Positions 64,000 through 64,000 of a DNA stretch of 64,000 nt are shown in pieces. The stretch is from NCBI GenBank assembly GCA_023205875.1, contig CP060763.1, positions 558,001 through 622,000 on the forward strand, given 5' to 3'. Position 1 is the stretch's first letter, and each line of letters opens with the position of its first letter. The translations under genes were made by a program, and so were the position numbers. Under the pieces are notes generated by a model. The model was given only the letters and a program-made list of their open reading frames with translations, was not told the DNA's origin and searched no databases. Source of the DNA: Chloropicon primus. Its lineage: Eukaryota.

Positions 64000-64000
64000 C

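Overview
This is compact eukaryotic nuclear DNA, not prokaryotic. It is GC-rich, with about 32 tightly packed protein genes, short GT-AG introns with CTRAC/CTCAC branch points, TGTAA poly(A) signals and (GA/CT)n microsatellites. These traits indicate a chlorophyte pico-alga; a Chloropicon-like organism is my inference. Most genes are housekeeping: UGD, Bud32, D-cysteine desulfhydrase, STY kinase, nardilysin, DapB, TAP-like ABCB, MenA, RPP30, SEC11, KAP, PTEN-like and the AHAS small subunit. I reconstructed several genes that the ORF track misses or fragments: a GT2 gene running off the left edge, a 3-exon peptidoglycan-binding/Cys-rich protein, a 4-exon PH/PTB-like protein, a 73-aa membrane microprotein and a WDR27-like 3' end. 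Notable observations: a glycan locus (GT2, UGD, DUF707-GT25 fusion) with an inverted orphan GT2-paralog fragment; an RKP/RNF123-like E3 ending in a U-box instead of a RING; a recurrent palindrome CTCTTTCGAAAGAG upstream of genes; and giant-virus-type ankyrin genes, one behind a 38-bp minisatellite. I found no tRNA, rRNA, CRISPR array or transposase. All homology calls come from motif recognition, not database searches.
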